NCBI GenBank assembly: GCA_951406725.2
Contig: OX597828.1
Span: 69,812,001 to 69,876,000 of the forward strand
Length of the DNA stretch: 64,000 nt
Origin: Octopus vulgaris
Lineage: Eukaryota
Direction: 5' to 3'
Shown: piece by piece, positions 38,731 through 52,096 of the stretch
Layout: every line of letters begins with the position of its first letter
Numbering within the stretch: position 1 is the first letter of the stretch
The notes under the pieces: model-generated
Seen by the model: the letters and a program-made list of their open reading frames with translations, nothing else
Told to the model about the DNA's origin: nothing
Database searches by the model: none
Program-made: the position numbers and the translations under genes

Positions 38731-39526
38731 ACTCCTCATCTTGTTTATTATGCTGTATTTTTCTATTTGATTATCTTTCTATCTTTTACTTTTTTCATTC
38801 ATTAGATTGCGGCCATTCTGGGGCACCGCTTTGAAGAATCTTTTAGTCGAAAGGATTGACCCCCGGACTTTTTTTTAAAGCCTGGTACTTATTTTATCGG
38901 TCGAACCGCTAGGTTACGGGGATGCAAACAAACCAACACTGGTTGTCAAATGGTGTTGAGGACAAACACAGACACAAAGACACGCGCACACACACACACA
39001 CACACACACGTATACATACGTTTCCGTCTATAAGGTTTTGGTCTACCCTAGGCTATAGTAGAAGACACTAGCTCATGGTGTCACGCTGGGGGATTGAACC
39101 CGGAACAACGTGGTGGGAAGCAAACTTTTTACCACGCAGCTATGTTCACTAATTTTTTTTTTTTTTTTTGCATTTTCTTTTCTGTTGTTTCGTTTTGTAT
39201 TCTGCGAACTTACCGCGGGGCTCATCCAAAGAAAGAAGCCAGTTTTAGAATTTAAAAAAGAGGTACCTCTTCGCACATTAAAAAAACCCCCACCTTACTG
39301 CCTAAACCCAGTAACAAATTTTAAAAAAGCCCTCGAAATATCTGCCAAATTAGTAGTAAAGTACTACTACTACAGCTGCTGCTGCTGATGACGACGACAT
39401 CTTTTATTCTCCACAAGGGCATCAGATAGGGGTGGGGTATTACAAGGACAGTTATCAATTTGTGTTGGGTTACATCAATGATGAGGAGAAATATAGGGGG
39501 AAAAATGAGAAAACGAAATAAAATAG

Positions 39527-39692
39527 GCGCAGGTGTGGCTGTGTGGTAAGTAGCTTGCTTACCAACCACATGGTTCTTGGTTCAGTTCCACTGCGTAGCA
39601 CCTTTGGCAAGTGTCTTCTACTATAGCCTTAGGCCGACAAAAGCCTTGTGAGTGGATTTAGCTGACAGAAACTGAAAGAAGCCCATCATGTG

Positions 39693-39725
<33 letters not shown>

Positions 39726-39905
39726 CTGTGTTTGTCCCTCCACCATGTTGGTGTGTTTACGTCCCCGTAACTTAGCGGTTCGGCAAAGGAGACTGATAGA
39801 ATAAGTACTAGGCTTACAAAGAATAAGTCCTGTGGTTGCTTTGTTCGACTAAAGGCGGTGCTCCAGCATGGCCACAGTCAAATGACTGAAACAAAGAAAA
39901 GAAAA
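39527..39905 (+). mobile_element. Full-length type C tRNA-derived SINE with internal microsatellite
   Basis: GGCGCAGGTGTGGCTGTGTGGTAAG (A box) and GGTTCAGTTCC (B-box-like). Further partial copies at 13270, 20430, 22210, 38790, 54030 and 57385. Confidence 0.85.
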
Positions 39906-41068
39906 AAAAAATAATAAAAGAAAGAATAGAATACAAAGAATGTGAATATACGAATGATGCAGCCGTTCAGGTACAGGAGAAACCTCTAACTAGGGCAAAT
40001 CAGGAAACCCCACAGGCTGAAGATCTCTCTGACTACCAAGGGTCGAACGCTTGTACAAATGTTGCCCCCCAGTCAACAGACGCATGCTTAGAGGAGGTTC
40101 GTTCACTCTAACCTATTTTTGCCACAGTCACCCATCTTCCCACAAATTCTTTGGGAATTAACACTTCCCTCTCTCCATTTTCACTCTCTTTTTCAAGTGG
40201 AACTTCAGAAAAGCCGATGAGGGCTCGACCGAAGAGGAAGGTGTCTCTCGCAGTCCTTTCAACGGCGTTTACCACACAACTTCTTTCGTCATAACCATAA
40301 GATACAGGAGCATCGCCTGTTCTGCTCTGTTAAAGGTGGGTAGTATGGTGACCCTCACGAGAGATCCGCCCATAGTCGGGATCGTCCTACACGCGACAAC
40401 AACAATAATTCGACAATCAGCCTTGCTTTAAATTTTGGCACAAGGTCAGCAATTTCAGGGGTGGGGCGTAAGTCGAACACACTGATCTCGTTGCTGTATT
40501 GGTCCTTATTTTATCGACCCCGAAAGCATGAAAGGCTAAGTCATCACCAGCGGAATTTGAACGCAGAACGCAAAAACGGACGATATGCTGCTAAGCATTT
40601 TGTTCGGCGCACTAATGTCTCTGCCAGCCCCAAAAACAATGTCTATACGCGCGTGTGTCTGCGGGTTGAGAAGTGTGTGTGTGTGTGTGCGTATGTGTGC
40701 GTCTGTGTATCTGTGCGTCTGTGTATCTGTGTGTGTGTGTGTGTGTGTCCGTCCAATGCACATATGACACCAACCAGTTGTATCAAATGAAACAGTTTAT
40801 TGATCATTACAGCATTGTATGCGGTGTGCATGTTATGTGCATTTGTGCGTGTGTATGTGTATGTGTGTGTGTGCGTGTGTGTGTGTGTGTGTGTGCAAGT
40901 GCGTACACACATTTGCGTGGGTGGGTTTAAATATAGACCGTGGAGATATTGGCTGATTGTATTGGTACATGTAAACAAACGCTTAAATATGTGTGCATGC
41001 GCGTTTTGTGTGTGTGTGTGTGAGTGTGTGTGTGTGTGTGCACGCAGTAATAAATGGTGTGTATATGA

Positions 41069-41103
<35 letters not shown>

Positions 41104-41196
41104 ATACGTATGAATACGTATCTGTATATGTATATAAAAGACATATATATATATATACATACATACATATGTATATAGACAGAGATAAATAGATTC

Positions 41197-41232
<36 letters not shown>

Positions 41233-41277
41233 ATATATATATATATATATGTACGTATATATATATATATATATATG

Positions 41278-41320
<43 letters not shown>

Positions 41321-41369
41321 GCATATATACATATATGCGTGCGTGTGTATTTATATATGCATATATATA

Positions 41370-41410
<41 letters not shown>

Positions 41411-41654
41411 CTGCATATATGCATATGTGTATGTATACATATACGCACACGCACTCATACATACATATATCCCACCATACATCTTCCGCGTTTAACTCCG
41501 AATTATTTCCCGCCCTTCCTCCTCCCATATTTTCTGCCTCTCTCCACTTCGACCTTCTTCTCTTATTCTTTTATTGCTTTCTCCACGCATTCTACCTCTT
41601 ACATAACCTCCACCTTCTTCAGAAGTGTTATCTTCTTTTTTTCTTTCCTTTTTT

Positions 41655-42395
41655 TTTCTGAGATATTTTCTGAGATTGTGCGCAACAACATAAACTGGGC
41701 TGCTCATATAAACAGCAAAGGTGACATGGACCGTAGAATGTGTTCCTGGATTCTCAGAACTTTCCAGTCGAAAGATGTCCACACCATTTCCCTTCTCTTC
41801 TCTACTTTTGCCTGACCCCACCTTGAATACTGTTGTCTACTGTGGTCTCCCTACACGAAACAAAGTATCATGAATATTGAAGCACCTCAAAGGTCAATCA
41901 TAAAAAAGATAGATGGCATGACAGGAGGCCTTGACCATTGGGGTCGACCAGAAAAGCTCAAGCTTTATTCTCTCCAACGCCGCCGTGAGCGCTACATCAT
42001 CTGCATAATGTGGAAAATATTCCATCAGCATTGTCCAAATGATGTTGGCATCACCTTTAAGATACAGCCAAGACTTTGGCCCCGTGTTATCCGCCCACAA
42101 CATAAATCATACTTGTATCACATAACAACAATACGGCACAATTATTTCACCTCATTTGGCCCCGCTCTCTTTAACATCACACCAAAACACATTAAATCAG
42201 AAACAGAACCCATAACGTTCAAGGAGTCTTTGGACAAATTCCTTCAAAAGATCCCGGATATGTCTCCATAAACTGACTCTCTCTTTGAGTGGGCCATGTT
42301 GTCCGATTCCTGATTTAAATGAATTTGCTAGGTGGTACTATTAAGTTAGACATGGCCTGGGCCCAATACTAGCCGAAACCTATCAAAGTATCCTA
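41655..42395 (+). mobile_element. CR1-group LINE 3' fragment (RT C-terminus)
   Basis: INWAAHI...WILRTF...LFSTFA*PHLEYCCLLWSPY...IEAPQR...LKLYSLQRRRERY...FKESLDKFL. Confidence 0.85.
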
Positions 42396-42569
42396 TTCTT
42401 CTTGCTTTTCCCCTCTCTCTCTTTCTTACTTACCTCCCTTCCACGCCTTCCCCTCATATTTTGGCACAAGACCAACAATTTAGGAGGTGGAAGTCCATTA
42501 CATCGACCTCTTCACTACCTCTCACCAAGTGACTTGCATATTTGCCCTCCTCTATCCATTACTCACGCA

Positions 42570-42880
42570 ATACATTATCAGATGAAAGGATGAGCGTATA
42601 GCAGCAGAAGACCATGCATGGATATGTCAGTAGAAAGCTCCGAAATGATAGTAATATTGAGCATCAAAGCAGTCTATCATGGACCAAAATCTCGATAACT
42701 ACCTTCCACTTTGAAGGGTAGGCGTTTGCAATCCAGGAACAGGAAATATCAACCAAATAACTGATACGCAAAAGGGACAGAGATCCAGATAAAACAGTAG
42801 AATGTGACAACCGATGCAGGCTTTGTGGAGTAAACACCAAAGCTATCACTCATATAAGCAGTTTTCCGAAAATGTCATCG
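42570..42880 (+). mobile_element. R4/Dong-type (RLE) non-LTR fragment
   Basis: MHGYV...AFAIQEQEISTK...CDNRCRLCG...ITHI CCHC region. Confidence 0.7.
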
Positions 42881-42974
42881 CTAATCCTCTATAAATTTTT
42901 AAAGCGGAACATTCACGGATCCCATTGCTCGACTGCTAGAGGGATGTGAGCGGCTCACGACATCACCTAGAATA

Positions 42975-43342
<368 letters not shown>

Positions 43343-44505
43343 TCATTCCTAGGTGCCCTAGTAATGATAGCAAAAGGGGCTGATTGCTTCATAGCTCAGA
43401 TTCCAGGAAATCCCCAAATGGCAGAAATTAAAAAGATAGTGCTCATGGGAACTGCCCATATCCTACGTAAAATGCTGTCAATATAATCTCAAATTTTAAA
43501 ACAAACATAATTTTCTTATGGTTTCTTAAACATTCTCTAGAGCAACACTATGTACAAAACCAAATATATGGCACACTAGGCATAACACCAACATGAACTT
43601 CCAACTTGTCTCTTGAGGTCTCTAACCCAACTTGTACAAATGCAAAGCATGAGTCAAACATAAGATAATAATAATAATTTCTTTAATAAACCGTAAGCTG
43701 CTGACCAAGATGCGCCACTCAAAGACAGATGTAGATCGTCTTTACCTTCCCAAAACCCAAGGCGGTCGGGGCTTGATCCAGTTCGAACTTTCTTACATAA
43801 CCGCTACAATTGGACAGACTAAATATCTTCAAGAAACTAAAACACGTTGAAAATCAGGAAGAAGCTTCATTCTGGAGGAATGCAAAAATTCTGCTACCGA
43901 GCTCATGCAAGTTATCCAGACTGAACAGCCTGAGGAAAGTGCGGCAACTTCCTGCTTCTTAGCTGCTCAAGATCAAAGCTTATTGATCAGGAATTGTCAA
44001 GCCAATGTGATGAGAAATGGAGAAGACCCAAAGTGTCGATTCTGCAATGATGGGTTTTTAACAGTGGACTACTAAATCTCTGAATCTGAAAACTCTTGAC
44101 AAATGGTATAAGTACCACCCTGAGGGAGATAATGTAGCGATTCTTTGGGACTTTCCAGTTCATACAGACAGAACTATCAAAGCTAATAAATCGGATATTG
44201 TAGTAAAAGACCCAAATAATGACGTCTGTTTATTGATTGACAAGAACATTCCTTGTGCTCAAAACATCTGGGCTAAAGAATTCAAGAAGCTCAGAAAATA
44301 TAAAGATTTGCTGATTGAAATTGAAAAAAATGTGGCACCAGAAGACAGATATAATATCAGTGATTGCAGGAGCACTTTGAATGATAAAAAAAAGGAACTG
44401 AAAATTATTTGAGGATGATCCTTGGCTTACGATCCATGCAAAAAGTGCAAAAGATTGTTTTAACTGGTGCATCACACGTATTGAGAAAAACATTTTGACG
44501 CTGTG
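43343..44505 (+). mobile_element. Two R4/Dong-type RLE LINE relics
   Basis: IILGALVMI...KIVLMGTAHILRKMLS* (43343-43485). Then DVDRLYLP..GGRGL, AAQDQSL, DPKCRFC and ILWDFPVHTDRTIKANKSDIVVKD (43690-44505). Confidence 0.75.
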
Positions 44506-44725
44506 AGAACGACTACAACCCATATAATTTTTTTCTTTTTTACATAACATCATCCGATGTTGTAAATGAACAATATGGTGTGTTTATTTTAATGGATTGT
44601 CAATGAATGCAGTGAGTTTCTCTTCCCTAGGTGTCAGGAAGACACTCGGCAAGAAATGGAAACAAAATTTAAAAAAACTAATAGTAATGATGATGATGAT
44701 CATGACGACGACAACGATGATGATG

Positions 44726-44790
<65 letters not shown>

Positions 44791-45576
44791 CATGGGTGGT
44801 TCTTTCAACATCCTTAAACAACCCTTATTCAGGGACCTTTTGAGCGGGATGGGCTACTCAACCTGAAGAAAATTCTAACTGGGCCCCACCTGCAAGGTCA
44901 TGTGCTGTTTATCTTGATATGAGATCACCATGTCGCGCACATATGGTTGTGATGCATGTGCCTAGTGTACCTTTATCAGACGGGTAGTCATGATGGGTAT
45001 ATTGGGCTTCGTATATTTTACCCCAGTGTCACTTTGATGGCATGAACTGCTCTCTCACCAATAATAATAATAATAATAATAATAACAACAACAACAGCAA
45101 TAATAATAATAATATATCTATTTAATAAAACGTTATGATATAACCTTTTTGTTCTTCATTTAACCGAATTCCCAATGTTTAGTATAATTCGATGAATTGT
45201 TGATTCGACCAACTGTTACTTCGTTCAGTTGTGTTTTCAAGCATCGGTTTTTACAATAAAATTTATTTCGGTCGGTTTTATTTCATAAATCAACACCAAA
45301 CTGAGGAGTTGTTGACTTTCAAAGCTGAATTATTTCCTCATTTCTGTGCCTTGGAATATTTTAGCTTTCCTCTCCATTTCTTTTCTTTCCATAGAATAGA
45401 ATTTTGTTTCGTTATCTGTTTTTCTTTCTACTTTTGTTGTGTTATCCCTATCTCAATCATGTTTCTCTCACGATATAATTGACTTCTAATTAATATTTTA
45501 TTGTTTTATATGTATGCATGTATGTAAACATGTATGTATGTACACTCCCCAGCAATATATCTTTTCAACTCTCAGC

Positions 45577-45600
45577 TTGTTGAGTAATGCGAAACCGGTC
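45577..45600 (+). ncRNA. Decayed minimal hammerhead-like motif
   Basis: uUGUUGA-GU(aau)GC-GAAA-CCGG-UC, with a palindromic ACCGGU stem III. The left core is mutated. Confidence 0.3.
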
Positions 45601-45721
45601 CTTACTTCAATTTTATTGAAAGAAGAAAAACCTTATGTCGTACAAAATCGTATAATATCTTTATTATCATCGCTCTAATATACTCTTAAATCGTGTAAAA
45701 GAAATCTTCTGTGTTTTGCTT

Positions 45722-45802
<81 letters not shown>

Positions 45803-46297
45803 GAATAATAGAAAGGAAGTTCTTGGTACAGTATTATATATTTGAAAAAATGAGTAGAGATGGATTTTTTGCGGATAACTTCTATTTTAATCTTAATGTT
45901 TACAGTGAGTGACACTCTGGTATGAGTTTCAAGTTTCAAGTTTCAAGTGGACGTTTTCAACCTGAAAAATGTATGTTTTACTGGTTGCTTAAATTGCAAA
46001 TCTTTTTTCTTACAAGTATACACACAAAAAGAGGAAAATATATTTAAAAAATGCAAAAGCATGTGAAGAAGAAGAAGAAGAAGAAGAAGAAGAAGAAGAA
46101 GAAGAAGAAGAAGGAGAAGAGGAAAGGAGGAAAATAAGAAAATGAAATAAAGATAAATAGAAAAATAAATATAAATATTATATTTTTTATTTCATTTCAT
46201 TCACTTCTTCTTCACATGGTTTAGTATTTTTTAAACATATTTTCCCCTTTTTTATTTATACTTGTAAGAAAAAGAATTTTGTTATTTAAGCAACCCG

Positions 46298-46447
<150 letters not shown>

Positions 46448-46782
46448 CGCATGTATATATCTATGCATGTACATGCTCATACATACGTACATACATACAT
46501 ACATGTATACATACATACATACATATATACATGCATATATAAATACATGCATTCATACTCATATATATATATATGTATGTATGTGTGTATTTATGTATGC
46601 GTGTATGTATATATAATGTAATATAGTATGATGCTTGGTGGCATGGCAGTGGATGGTGTTTGTGGTATAGAGCGGTGCTGACAGAAAGACTCTTTATATA
46701 TATATATATATGTAAGAAGAAAAAGAAAATGGAAGTTGAGAAGTTAATAATTGCTTGTTATTGACAGTAAATTTATCATCGT

Positions 46783-46866
46783 CTTTTACAGCTGTTTTAA
46801 TTAATTCTCAGTAAATATTAAGTAAATATTAAATTTATATGACCTGAGCACAATATCTTCAGAAGG
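46783..46866 (-). ncRNA. Decayed hammerhead with long stem II (G12A)
   Basis: ccuu-CUGAAGA...CUCAG...CUGAG...aAAA-CAGCUG-UA-aaag. Paralog at 47874-47938. Confidence 0.5.
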
Positions 46867-46961
46867 AAAGTGATATACCTTTGGATGTTTTATATGTGTG
46901 TTTATGGATTCATTATAGTAGATTGAATGATACTAATCGAATTTAGTATACACACTCATAC

Positions 46962-47023
<62 letters not shown>

Positions 47024-47149
47024 CGTTTCTTTATTTGGAAGCCTTTTAATGTATTTCTATATGAATAATATATAGTATAATGACTAATTCGTCTTTTGTG
47101 CTGGGTCACTGGTAATAATAATTCATTTTTTATTACCTTATTTACTATG

Positions 47150-47187
<38 letters not shown>

Positions 47188-47533
47188 TTATAAAATGAGA
47201 TAGGGGTTGAAAATTCAACCCACCATAGCTTTATAATTTTATGAACTGAACCATGGTTTTAATTATTATTTTTCATCTCCCTATGTGTTAGTTTTTTTAA
47301 ACTATTAGCCAAATATGTATAATAACAGTGCTTATTAATATTAATATATACACTGATATATATTTTGTTTTATTTTGTTTTGTTTACCTTGCATTATTGT
47401 ACCAATGAGTATTATATTATATATGTGTAGCATCATGAAGTTTATGCACAAGTTTTTATATTTTACATTTTTATATTTTTATATTTATATGTATATGGAA
47501 AAATAATTTTTTCACAATTATAACAAATTAAAT

Positions 47534-47643
47534 TCTCTGAAGAGGCCGTGGGGCATCTTTGTTAATGCCTCATTTATACCTGCCTTTATGGCTTATAGGT
47601 TAAATGAGGTATGACTGCCCTTACTGCCGAAACAGCTGTCAGA
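47534..47643 (+). ncRNA. Type I hammerhead, canonical core, 85-nt stem II, palindromic stem III
   Basis: UCU-CUGAAGA(47537-43)-GGC...GGGGCA...AUGCCUCAUUUA...UAAAUGAGGUAU...UGCCCU...GCC-GAAA(47629-32)-CAGCUG-UC-AGA. Confidence 0.85.
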
Positions 47644-47783
47644 TAGGATATAATTACATATTATATTTTATATTTTATACTTATATTTTCCTTGTCTATT
47701 TACATTTACTGTATATTTTGTATAATGCCTTTACTGATATGTAATGGTGTAATAAAGTATTGATTGGGTATCATCTGATAGTA

Positions 47784-47826
<43 letters not shown>

Positions 47827-47873
47827 TATACATATATATATATAAAAGAAAGGAAAGGCAAATTAATCTTCTT

Positions 47874-47938
47874 CACTTACAACTGTTTCAATTAATACTT
47901 AGTAAATATTTGCATGACCTGAGCATAATCTCAGGCAA
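47874..47938 (-). ncRNA. Decayed hammerhead (1-nt core deletion)
   Basis: CUGAGA...GAAA-CAGUUG-UA. Direct repeat of 46783-46866. Confidence 0.45.
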
Positions 47939-48021
47939 AATATACCCATACCTTTTATATATATTTATGGATTCGTTAAGGTTAACACAACCTCTAATTA
48001 AATTATATATATATATATATA

Positions 48022-48865
48022 TGCCACCCACGACACACTAGAATAGATGTCCCTTTTTGTTTAGCTAGAAGGATTTGCACCATAATATCAGACACAAACA
48101 CTCGACACACACGTCTCCAGGAACTTAGAACCACACTCACAAATAGAAACTATCCACAGCCCCTAATAGACAGTGCAATCCAAAGGGCACTCAAATTAAG
48201 TATAGAAGACTTGAGACAAACAAAACCAAAAAAGAAAGAACAATTAAAAACCCTTCCCTACATCTCTACACACAACCCACTCAACAATGAGGCCTTCAGC
48301 ACCATACTACAAAGCATAGCCCTACTAAAGGGAGACCCAAAGATGAACCGGATCCTCGAAACACACACCATCATTAAAAGTAAACGGTAACCAAAATCCT
48401 TGAAAAGGATTTTAACCCAAGCTAAACTGCACTCAACATCAACCACAAAACCAGCAGTTAGAAAATGTGGAAGGCCCAACTGCGGAATCTGTGTCATCTT
48501 GGTAGAAGGTTCAGAATTTATACTAGAACAAGGCCATCAGTTCACCATTAGAGTAAACTTCACCTGCGCATCAGAAAACTTAATTTACGTCTTAACATGC
48601 AATAGGCAGTATATAGGTCATACAAAAAAATAGCTTACGTAACAGGATGGCGGTGCATAAATCACAAATTAGAAACCCTGAATACCGGAAAATACCGGTC
48701 AGCGGACACATAGATAGATGTGCTGCAAATGTAAATCCGAAATTTACAACTTACCCACTTTATAAATTCAGTGACAGCGTAACCTTCACGCAACGACAAA
48801 ATAAAGAACTTTATTTCATCAAAAAATTTAGACCAAGTTTGAACACCATGGGCCAGGAATATTAA
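48022..48865 (+). pseudogene. Penelope-like element (Neptune-like) RT thumb, Zn-linker and GIY-YIG endonuclease; 5'-truncated and disrupted
   Basis: CHPRHTRIDVPFCLARRICTI...RLQEL..TL.NRNYP, then KCGRPNCGIC, FTCASENLIYVLTCNRQYIG, RMAVHKSQI and KELYFIKKFRPSLN. Confidence 0.9.
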
Positions 48866-49099
48866 AACAAAACATTGGTCCTCCGAAAAAGAGAAACGAA
48901 ATTCTACCACAACTACTACGACTGCCCCAACTCGCACTACTACTACAACCACCGTGGTCACTGTTGCTACGGCCACAGTGAGAGAATTATAATAATGGAA
49001 GTGGGGCGAATTACAATTTCTCAGATCCTTGAACAGTCACTCACACTGACAGAGATATGTCTTAGGGAAGGAAAAATTTATAAAAAGATCTCTACGAGC

Positions 49100-49680
49100 A
49101 GATCTAATCCTGATTCGTCAAAAAACTGATGACGTATCACCTCAGTAGTCAAGCTATTGTCACCCTGCTTGGTCGGTTTCCCCACACGATACAGCTATGG
49201 GTCAGACCCGATTCTGATTGGTCAAAACATTGATGACGTCTCGTTCTGCTGGACTAGCCACCTAACAGGATGATTAATCAAAACATTGATGACGTCCCGT
49301 TCCGCTGGACTAGCCACCTAACAGGATACAGTCATGGGTCTGATCTAATACAGCTATGGATCAGACCCGATTCTGATTGGTCAAAACATTGATGACGTCT
49401 CGTTCTGCTGGACTAGCCACCTAACAGGATGATTGGTCAAAATATTGATGACGTCTCGTTCCGCTGGACTAGCCACCTAACAGGATACAGTCATGGGTCA
49501 GATCTAATTTCGATTCGTCATGATGACGTATTTCCTCCGTGGCCAAACTGTCGTTCCGCTTGGTTGGTTTCCTAACAGGATATATTCGTTGAGACTGGGT
49601 TTTGATTGTTTTGGAACTATATGACGTCAGCGAAAAGTGCAAGTGACCACAGCTAAGCTGAGCTGATATAAACCCAACAA
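49100..49680 (+). promoter_or_regulatory. Probable PLE pseudo-LTR promoter: higher-order tandem repeat with CRE-like, CCAAT and TATA motifs
   Basis: Two 159-bp units (49189, 49348), each with two 56-bp subunits carrying TGATGACGTC. Also GATTGG (reverse CCAAT), a perfect TGACGTCA at 49622-49629 and TATAAA at ~49667. Confidence 0.6.
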
Positions 49681-50778
49681 TCACAAAATTCACCAAAATT
49701 ATACGAACAGACACCAACCAAAAATCATTACTGTTGATCCCATTGGAACACAAGGCAAAATCTAAAATGAACTCCTCGCTTTTTCAAGAACATGAATTTT
49801 TTATATTTGACTCTATTGAATGTATGTCACAATTATGAACCACTACATCATACTCTTTAAACATATAGCATGAACTCTCTTTATTATATATAATTTTTTT
49901 TGATAAGGTTTCTTCATTTCAAGAACCGAAACATGTTAAAAAATAAAAATAAAAATTTGTCTAATATAGCAGCATTTTCAAACTTCATTTTTTACAAATA
50001 TATATATATATATTTGTATGTTTATATGAATGTATTTATATGTACACAAGCATGTGTCTATGAATACATCTATATGTGTATGTCTGTGTGTTATTGATGT
50101 GTGTATGTGGGTTTTATCACTTCCATCTAACACAAAATTTCGTTCCCTTTTCAATGCAATTTTCAAGAGCAGCCGTCATGGCTACCATCAAAAACACCCA
50201 GACCATCAATATCATCCAACGATCTTTCTGTCAACACCGCTCTATACCATGTACACCATCCACCGCCATGCCACCACGCCACCAAACATCATGTGATCAG
50301 TGCGCACTAACAATTGTCCAATAACTATGGCTTCACACGCTAATTAGACTAAAAGACGGCCGCGCAGAAAGCCACCATAACAATCACTTCCGGTTTATAA
50401 AAGAACATGGCCAGTTAAAAGTTGTTGTAAGAATTCAGTGAGTTTAAAGCTTCATACTGGAATGTGGCTAAACAAAAGAACAAATATTGCAGTCTTGTGT
50501 ACTTTAATCCTGAAGTAAACAAAAGAAAACGAACGCTGTTGGTGGTGGAGAAACAATAGGCTTCAACTCTCTTAACGTCCATCTTGCGTTCGGGTCTGGC
50601 ATATTCCTGCAATTTTCATTTGGCCATTCAGTCATCAAGAACACTTGTGGCGCCTACACATGCTTCGTGTGTGCGCTTGATGTATAAAGATGTATGTACG
50701 TACGTATGTATGTATACATATACATGTACATGTACATACATACATACATACATACATACATACATACATACATACATA

Positions 50779-51483
50779 CAAGAGTTGGACAAAATAATGG
50801 AAACACCTGAAAATTTCAAACAAATTTATTTTAATAAGGGGTAGGACCGCCTTTGGCAGTAATTACAGCTTGAATTCTACGAGGTATGGACTCGTACAAA
50901 GTTTGAATTGTTTCCAAAGGAATTTTTGTTCATTCTTCAGCTAAAACAGTCTCCAGTTCTTGTAGTGATGATGGTGGAAGATATCGACTCCTTACTTGTT
51001 TTTCTAAAATGCATCATAAATATTCAATAATATTGAGATCTGGAGACTGTGGTGGCCAGATAAGATGTTCAACTTCACTAGAACGTTCCTCGTGTCATTC
51101 AGTAACGACTTTAGCTGTGTAAATTGGTGCATTATCACCCTGAAAGATTGCGTTTCCCTCCGGAAACAGTTTCGCAACCATAGGATGAATTTGGTCAGAT
51201 AAAATGCTTAAAGAGTATTGGCTATTAATTCTGCCATGAAGGCAAACCATTGGGCTGGTGGATTTTCAAGATATAGCTCCCTACAGATCATCAGTGATCC
51301 TCCTCCATGTTTAGCAGTTGGAAAAGGCAGTCTAGGTCAAATGCTTCTTTTGGCCGTCTCCATACTTATACTTGGCCGGTGGTCGGAAATAAGGTAAAGG
51401 ATGACTCGTTACGCTAGCGTCTGCCATACGAGCACCAACAATTTTACCTCTTTGGGGGTTTCCATTATTTTGTCCAACCCCTG
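50779..51483 (-). mobile_element. Internally deleted Tc1-like transposon
   Basis: ~28-bp TIRs CA(A/G)G(A/G)GTTGGACAAAATAATGGAAAC and TA TSD. Minus strand has DESSFTLF, KHGGGSLMI, FQGDNAP and WPPQSPDLNIIE. Confidence 0.9.
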
Positions 51484-51506
51484 TATATGTGTGTGTATGT
51501 ATGTAT

Positions 51507-52096
51507 TGTAGGCTACGTCACGATTCTGTGGAAGACATTACGCATGTGATTAGCAGCTGTCCTAAAATGTCGCCACAGTACTACCTCCCTATGCGGCACG
51601 ATGTTTTCGCTAAAACAATTTACAATGCCATCCGCAAAAAAAGACTGCCCTGAAATAAACTTAGAAAATCCCTCTGTTATGGAATACATTCATAAACACC
51701 AACTCAAGAAGGAATATTGGCGGAATATTCCCATCAAAACTTCTGTCAAATGTAAACATAGCAGGCTGGATATTGTAGTTTGGGACAGGAGCAAAGGTAT
51801 GTGCCATCATAGAGGTCAGCTGCCCTGCAGATGTAAATAATATCTCTTTGAAAATCAAAGAAAAAGAGGATATCCATGGACAATTGCTTCGAAACCTCCA
51901 GCTTCTATATCCAGACTATGAGTTCACTATATTCATACCAATAATGATTGGAGCACTAGGTTTTGTTAGTAAATGCTTAAAGGAGATTCTGGGATTTTCA
52001 GAAAGAGAAACTGACTGGCTGATCTGTACATTACAAGTCCAGTCTGTGAGTGGAACAGTAATAATATACAAGACTTTTCTCAAGTTCCAAATGTGA
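51507..52096 (+). mobile_element. R4/Dong-type RLE LINE 3' end
   Basis: CRL...VEDITHVISSCPKM..YYLPMRHD, SRLDIVVWD, IIEVSCPAD...KEK and IPIMIGALG (CCHC plus PD-(D/E)xK RLE). Confidence 0.85.
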
